Shown one piece after another: positions 16,852 through 21,580 of a stretch of DNA of 21,580 nt; within the stretch, counting starts at the first letter, position 1, and every line of letters begins with the position of its first letter. Location of the stretch: contig JAGYLS010000025.1 of assembly GCA_018400815.1 (NCBI GenBank), positions 1 to 21,580 of the forward strand, in the 5' to 3' direction. The stretch comes from Candidatus Oleincola secundus. GTDB taxonomy: Bacteria > Atribacterota > Phoenicimicrobiia > Phoenicimicrobiales > Stramentimicrobiaceae. A program made the translations under genes and the position numbers. The notes beneath the pieces are model-generated. The model did not search any database, was not told the DNA's origin, and saw only the letters and a program-made list of their open reading frames with translations.

Positions 16852-19800
16852 TTGGTTAATGCTAAGAAAAAAAGGAAACTAATCTATTGGCTAGTGGTGC
16901 CCGTTATTACCCTATTGATTCTTTCGGTAATATTTTATACTTATATCAATACTGAAAGTTTCCGTGAAAATATTAAATCAATAATAGTAACAAAACTGGA
17001 AAATAGTCTTGGAAACACTATAGAAATTGGAGAAATAGAGTCCATATCTTTTCAATCATTAGATATAAATAATATTATACTTTTTGAAAATAGTTCTTCC
17101 GAAGAAAACAATATCTTATTTCAGGCAGAAAAGGCAAAAGCCAGGTTCGGTTTATTATTTCCTATTTTCCAATGGAACCGTTGGCGGCTAAATATCCATG
17201 ATATTACTTTTTACGATGCTTCTGCCACTTTGACTAGAGAATTAAATGGAGAATTTGATTTTATTAAGAAACTACATCTTGATCCAGAAAATTTTCAGGA
17301 AAATATTATCATCAATCGTATCTATTTTCAAAATAGTAACCTAATTTATCATGACAAATTGGTGTACAACTATGATCAGGATTATCTAACCACGCGAGCA
17401 AGAGGTATTAACGGTTATCTTGATCTAACTCGATTACCCAAGATTATGTTTGATTTTCAGGGTACCCAGGAAAAAGATAATGCTCTATTAGCTCTGCAGG
17501 GAACACTATTGATAAACCAGCCTGAATTCTCTTTGGATTTCCACCTGGAGAATGCGGATATTAACCATTTTCAATATTATCTTGAGGTAGCTGAACTATT
17601 CAAGGTAAGCCAGGGCAAATTTAATATTGATTTCAATTTGAGTCATTCTTCTGATTCAGCTCCTTCGGAGATTGACTGGAAAGGGGAAGCAACCTTTCAG
17701 CAAGCTGATTTAAATCCACAATTTTTAAAAGAAATTCCTTTCCGCCAAGTCAGCGGTTCTATGCAGTTTGTAAATCCAGAAATAACTATTTCCGAGATGA
17801 CAGGGCTTTATGGTGATAAAAATGTCCAATTAAGGGGTTCTGTTCTCACTGCCCCAGAAGTTTATTTTGATTTTGACATAAAAGGTGATGAAATAAAAGC
17901 ATCTTATTTAAAAGATGATATTTCTTTATTCTTACCGGATTATAATGATTTTTCTCTGGAGGGGGAAATCGCCTTTAACGGAAATGTCAAAGGGCAACCT
18001 GAAAGCTTTCAAATTGAGGGAAAAGCATTTTCTTCTGAAATTATTTTTGAGAATATTCCATTTCTAGAAACAGATTGCTCCTTTTTGTTGCGTCAAAATG
18101 AACTAATCATTGAATCTCTGGAAACACATGAATTAGAATCTTCTCTATCGGCTAATGGCAAAATTGACTGGTCTGAAGGTGTTCCCTTTTACCAGTTCTC
18201 CTTACAAACAGAAAATCTTTCTCTACAGCATTCCTTATTCAAACAGCTAACTTTTCTAGAAGGATCTTCAGGCACTATAGATAGTCATTTACAAATAGAA
18301 AGTCAAAAGCAAGACAGCTCTATTGTTAATATTGAGGGGCCATTTAGTGTTAAGTCTATAGAAATAGAGGGTTTATCATTGCTTAATCCATTACAGGGCA
18401 ATATAACATCAACTTTGGATTTTTCTGATAAAATATTATCTGTTCAACAATGTGAACTGGAATCCGGCCAGAACCAGGGCACAATAAAGGGAGAAATTAA
18501 TTTTAACGAACTTGTTCAATTCAGAATGGATTTTGGATTTCAAATACCCGAACTAACTGAGCTAGCCAATTCCATGGGTTTAGAAATACAGCCTGCAGGA
18601 AAAGCAAATATTGAGGGGACTTTTTATGGTAATTCAAAAAAACCCGAAATAAAAGCAGGGTTTAACCTACGAGAGCTCTCCATCCAGGATAATCTGTTGG
18701 GCGAACTGACCGGGGAATTGATTGTTCAACAAAACATCATTTCGTTAGAAACAGTTGAATTAATAAATCAGGATACAAAATTAACCGGAAATGGAAAAAT
18801 TATTTTACAGGAAACCAGCTCTCCGGAAATAGATTTTTCCTATCAGCTCCATACTATTGATGTTCATCCATTTATTCAAACAATTACTGATGATATACAA
18901 TTATCCGGCTTGACAAATGGTAGTGGCCAGATCAAAGGTATCTGGCCAAGGCTTGCTATTGAGGGAAATTTTCAATTAGAACAAATTACTTTCGAAGACT
19001 ATTTATTAGGCCAGGGGCAATTTGGTTTCCACCTACAACCGGAACAGGAATTGCTGCCTGAAAATGAAGAAAGTAATTCTACAGAATTGTTCAGTTGGTT
19101 AGGCCATTCCTATTCCTTTGAGCTGGACAACTTTAACCTAGAAAATGAAAATATGAAAATAAATGCAGAAGGCCAATCCAAAATTGGAGAAGACTATCCA
19201 TTTTCTTTAGAAATAGAGTTTGTTCATAAAGCACTAAGCAAGATGATTGATTATTTTTATCCCGGTGATGAGTATTTCAAGATATTTCTACCATCAGAAA
19301 TAACAGGAAAAGTAGATTTGCAAGGGGATATATCCGAACAAAACATTATCTTATCAGCCATGCTTACATCTCAACAACAAGAAAATAATCCCCCTTCTCA
19401 GCTAAAATCAATGATTACTATAAATGATGACAGATGGCTGCTTTCAGATTTTAGCTTAATCCAGACTGAAGGCCAATTTAATGCAAAAGGAACCCTGAGT
19501 GCCACCCAAGCTCTTGATATTGAATTCCAGGCTGATCGATTAGATATGAATGCGCTGATGAACCTGGCTCAGATTGATGAAGAAATACAGGGAATTATGG
19601 ATATCGAAGGTTTTTTTAGCGGTACCATTGAACAACCGCAAGTTTCTATGACTGCACAGATTAAAAAGGGATATTTCCGTGAATTTCAATTTGAAGAACT
19701 CCTGGGTAATTTCCACTGGAATAGCCAAAAAAACGAAATAGAGATAAGAGAATTAGATATTGCCCTGGAAGATGATAATCACATCCAGGCGAAGGGCAAT

Positions 19801-21210
19801 CTACCATTAGATGTATTTATGCTCAGAGAAGAAAGGGAAATCGAGTCAGGCGTTTCAGATATCGTTTATCAGGAAATCCCGTTAGATTTTCAAATTAACA
19901 TGGAGAAAGCCGACCTGAATTTATTAAGACTTTTCTGGAAGGAAGCTTTTTCTGAAATTATGGGAAACATTGACCTTGAACTATATTTAACCGGCACAAC
20001 TGAAAATCCGTTAATGAACGGAACAATCGATATTAACCAGGGTAAAATTGCTATGAATAATCTTCCTCTTCAAATGGAAGAAGTCAATAGCAGAATAGAA
20101 ATATCCAATAATCAGGTCAATATTCCTAATATTCCTTTTATGGCTTATGAAAACAGTTTCAACCTATCTGGTCAATTTGAGATGGTTCATCTTGTACCTG
20201 AAAATATTTTTCTAACTATACAAAATAATGAGGAAAAAATTATTTACCAGAATATATTAGAAACCAAGGCTGATTTTTGGGCAGAAATTAAAGGATCATT
20301 GCTTGAACCATATATTGACGGTAAATTAGTTCTCTCTGAAGGTAGCCTGAATCTTCAGAATTTGCTGCAATTATATGAAGAAAGTAATGTATCGTCATCT
20401 TATAACACTACTACATATGATCGTTCAAAAAGTACCCTTGATTTGAATATTGAAATTGCTGACCCTTTTACCTTAAGACTACCTGATGCAGAAATTAATA
20501 TAACCGGCAATATTAATTTAAGTGGCTCTTTCGCTGAACCTGCCGTGAATGGTAACCTTAATCTAAAAAAAGGATACCTAATATATTTTGAAAAAAGATT
20601 TGTTATCTCAGAAGGACGTGTCAATATTAATGGTCTTACAATTAACGATATTGATATCAACGCTAAGGCTAATACTACTGTACAAGATGTTCAAATTGAG
20701 ATTAATGTTTCCGGAAACCTTGCCAATCCGCAAATATCATTATCTTCTCAGCCTACTTTAAGAGAAACAGAAATCATCTCTTTGCTAACCTTTAATAGAA
20801 ATATTCAAGGCCTGTCCGAAGGCGAAATAAATCAAATTCTATCTCAAGAAATGGTAGATATCGTTTTCCAAAGCTTACAGATTAACCTTTTCAGACGTAT
20901 GGAACGTGAACTGGCAGAAGGATTGGGATTTGAATTTATCAATCTTTCATATGATATCTCGGAAAGTTCAAGTAGCAATCTTTTTTTTCTAGAAGATATT
21001 AATCTTGGAGATTTAACTTTAGAGGTTGGCAAAAGTATCAGTGATGATGTCTTTGTCACCTATTCTACTCCTCTTGATTTCCAGGGTGAAACAAGTCTTG
21101 GTATCGACTATGAAATCTCATCTAATTTTACATTTAGCACTCAATTTGATACTTATTCTTTAAAAGAAGAAGATTATCGGTTCAAATTTGGATTAGAGTT
21201 TAGATTTTAA
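16852..21210 (+). CDS. tamB: Translocation and assembly module TamB / AsmA-like protein
   Basis: 1452 aa. N-terminal basic stretch plus TM anchor, repetitive beta-strand 'GxxxxP' segments, DUF490-like C-terminus ([35 protein letters not shown]), ending in FGLEFRF. Confidence 0.8.
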   Translation: MVNAKKKRKLIYWLVVPVITLLILSVIFYTYINTESFRENIKSIIVTKLENSLGNTIEIGEIESISFQSLDINNIILFENSSSEENNILFQAEKAKARFGLLFPIFQWNRWRLNIHDITFYDASATLTRELNGEFDFIKKLHLDPENFQENIIINRIYFQNSNLIYHDKLVYNYDQDYLTTRARGINGYLDLTRLPKIMFDFQGTQEKDNALLALQGTLLINQPEFSLDFHLENADINHFQYYLEVAELFKVSQGKFNIDFNLSHSSDSAPSEIDWKGEATFQQADLNPQFLKEIPFRQVSGSMQFVNPEITISEMTGLYGDKNVQLRGSVLTAPEVYFDFDIKGDEIKASYLKDDISLFLPDYNDFSLEGEIAFNGNVKGQPESFQIEGKAFSSEIIFENIPFLETDCSFLLRQNELIIESLETHELESSLSANGKIDWSEGVPFYQFSLQTENLSLQHSLFKQLTFLEGSSGTIDSHLQIESQKQDSSIVNIEGPFSVKSIEIEGLSLLNPLQGNITSTLDFSDKILSVQQCELESGQNQGTIKGEINFNELVQFRMDFGFQIPELTELANSMGLEIQPAGKANIEGTFYGNSKKPEIKAGFNLRELSIQDNLLGELTGELIVQQNIISLETVELINQDTKLTGNGKIILQETSSPEIDFSYQLHTIDVHPFIQTITDDIQLSGLTNGSGQIKGIWPRLAIEGNFQLEQITFEDYLLGQGQFGFHLQPEQELLPENEESNSTELFSWLGHSYSFELDNFNLENENMKINAEGQSKIGEDYPFSLEIEFVHKALSKMIDYFYPGDEYFKIFLPSEITGKVDLQGDISEQNIILSAMLTSQQQENNPPSQLKSMITINDDRWLLSDFSLIQTEGQFNAKGTLSATQALDIEFQADRLDMNALMNLAQIDEEIQGIMDIEGFFSGTIEQPQVSMTAQIKKGYFREFQFEELLGNFHWNSQKNEIEIRELDIALEDDNHIQAKGNLPLDVFMLREEREIESGVSDIVYQEIPLDFQINMEKADLNLLRLFWKEAFSEIMGNIDLELYLTGTTENPLMNGTIDINQGKIAMNNLPLQMEEVNSRIEISNNQVNIPNIPFMAYENSFNLSGQFEMVHLVPENIFLTIQNNEEKIIYQNILETKADFWAEIKGSLLEPYIDGKLVLSEGSLNLQNLLQLYEESNVSSSYNTTTYDRSKSTLDLNIEIADPFTLRLPDAEINITGNINLSGSFAEPAVNGNLNLKKGYLIYFEKRFVISEGRVNINGLTINDIDINAKANTTVQDVQIEINVSGNLANPQISLSSQPTLRETEIISLLTFNRNIQGLSEGEINQILSQEMVDIVFQSLQINLFRRMERELAEGLGFEFINLSYDISESSSSNLFFLEDINLGDLTLEVGKSISDDVFVTYSTPLDFQGETSLGIDYEISSNFTFSTQFDTYSLKEEDYRFKFGLEFRF

Positions 21211-21580
21211 TTGATAAAAGGATTCACTGCAAATGTTTGATATAAGAAATGCAATGTTAAATTTTTCGACTAAAACATTTGTCACATTGGGAGATAAAAA
21301 TGCTGGTAATGTAGGACCTAAATGAATATTTTTAACTCCCAGGTAAAGTAAAGCCAACAATACGATCACTGCTTTTTGTTCATACCAGGCAATGTTGTAA
21401 GAAATGGGAAGTTGATTAATATCATCTAATCCCAGGATTTCTTTTAATTTCAAGGCAATCACTGCCAATGAGTAGGAATCATTACACTGTCCCGCATCTA
21501 ACACTCTGGGTATTCCATTTATATCTCCTAAATCAAGCTTATTATATCTGTACTTCGCACAACCAGCAGTAAGAATAACT
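21193..21580 (-). CDS. hcp: Hydroxylamine reductase / hybrid cluster protein, 3' part (gene starts beyond the window)
   Basis: [37 protein letters not shown]...AWYEQKAV...[11 protein letters not shown]. Confidence 0.92.
   Translation of the reverse strand, partial: VILTAGCAKYRYNKLDLGDINGIPRVLDAGQCNDSYSLAVIALKLKEILGLDDINQLPISYNIAWYEQKAVIVLLALLYLGVKNIHLGPTLPAFLSPNVTNVLVEKFNIAFLISNICSESFYQLKSKL

Noticed and set aside
16665..16859. 64-aa ORF upstream of tamB
   Set aside because: No RBS, low-complexity AT-rich translation, and it spans the probable divergent promoter region.
5060..21059. Short ORFs in the track that are antisense to or nested in long genes (5060-5257, 6240-6443, 7081-7392, 8363-8641, 9593-9808, 9823-10020, 9941-10123, 10158-10355, 10617-10883, 10896-11090, 11400-11624, 12300-12503, 12858-13046, 15418-15720, 19540-19728, 20400-20660, 20844-21059)
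   Set aside because: They overlap well-supported genes or the pseudogene and have no recognisable motifs; typical shadow ORFs.
1..21580. Recoded TGA (no confident gene ends in TGA), CRISPR array, tRNA or rRNA genes
   Set aside because: All long genes are intact under code 11 and TAA/TAG bias is expected at low GC. I saw no regularly spaced repeats or tRNA/rRNA signatures.

Overview
AT-rich bacterial chromosomal window, mostly housekeeping and metabolic genes. It likely comes from an anaerobe (hcp, two radical SAM enzymes) that is diderm (TamB) but uses Firmicutes-style T-box regulation; Atribacterota or a diderm Firmicute is an inference only. The left part is a minus-strand run: Deg/HtrA-type protease, a decayed dihydroorotate-dehydrogenase-like pseudogene, an orphan sigma-70/ECF-like factor, a probable IS200/IS605-derived non-autonomous element with a 49-bp palindrome, glnA, a DAK2-DegV (FakA-FakB) fusion, a fucose-isomerase-like protein, a metallophosphoesterase, an AmmeMemoRadiSam radical SAM enzyme and a second radical SAM gene cut by the window edge. 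The right part has a Na/Pi cotransporter, a DMT transporter, an MBL-fold hydrolase, a DUF1893-like protein, stand-alone trpB2, tamB and the 3' end of hcp. The most interesting region is the ~650-nt trpB2 leader. It holds a Trp T-box riboswitch with ONE specifier stem but TWO antiterminator/terminator modules, sequence hints of a strand swap that could hand the single Stem I from module 1 to module 2, and an unannotated 22-codon uORF with a strong Shine-Dalgarno and an R-W-P-P-P motif. All calls were made by eye from motifs; no database searches were run.
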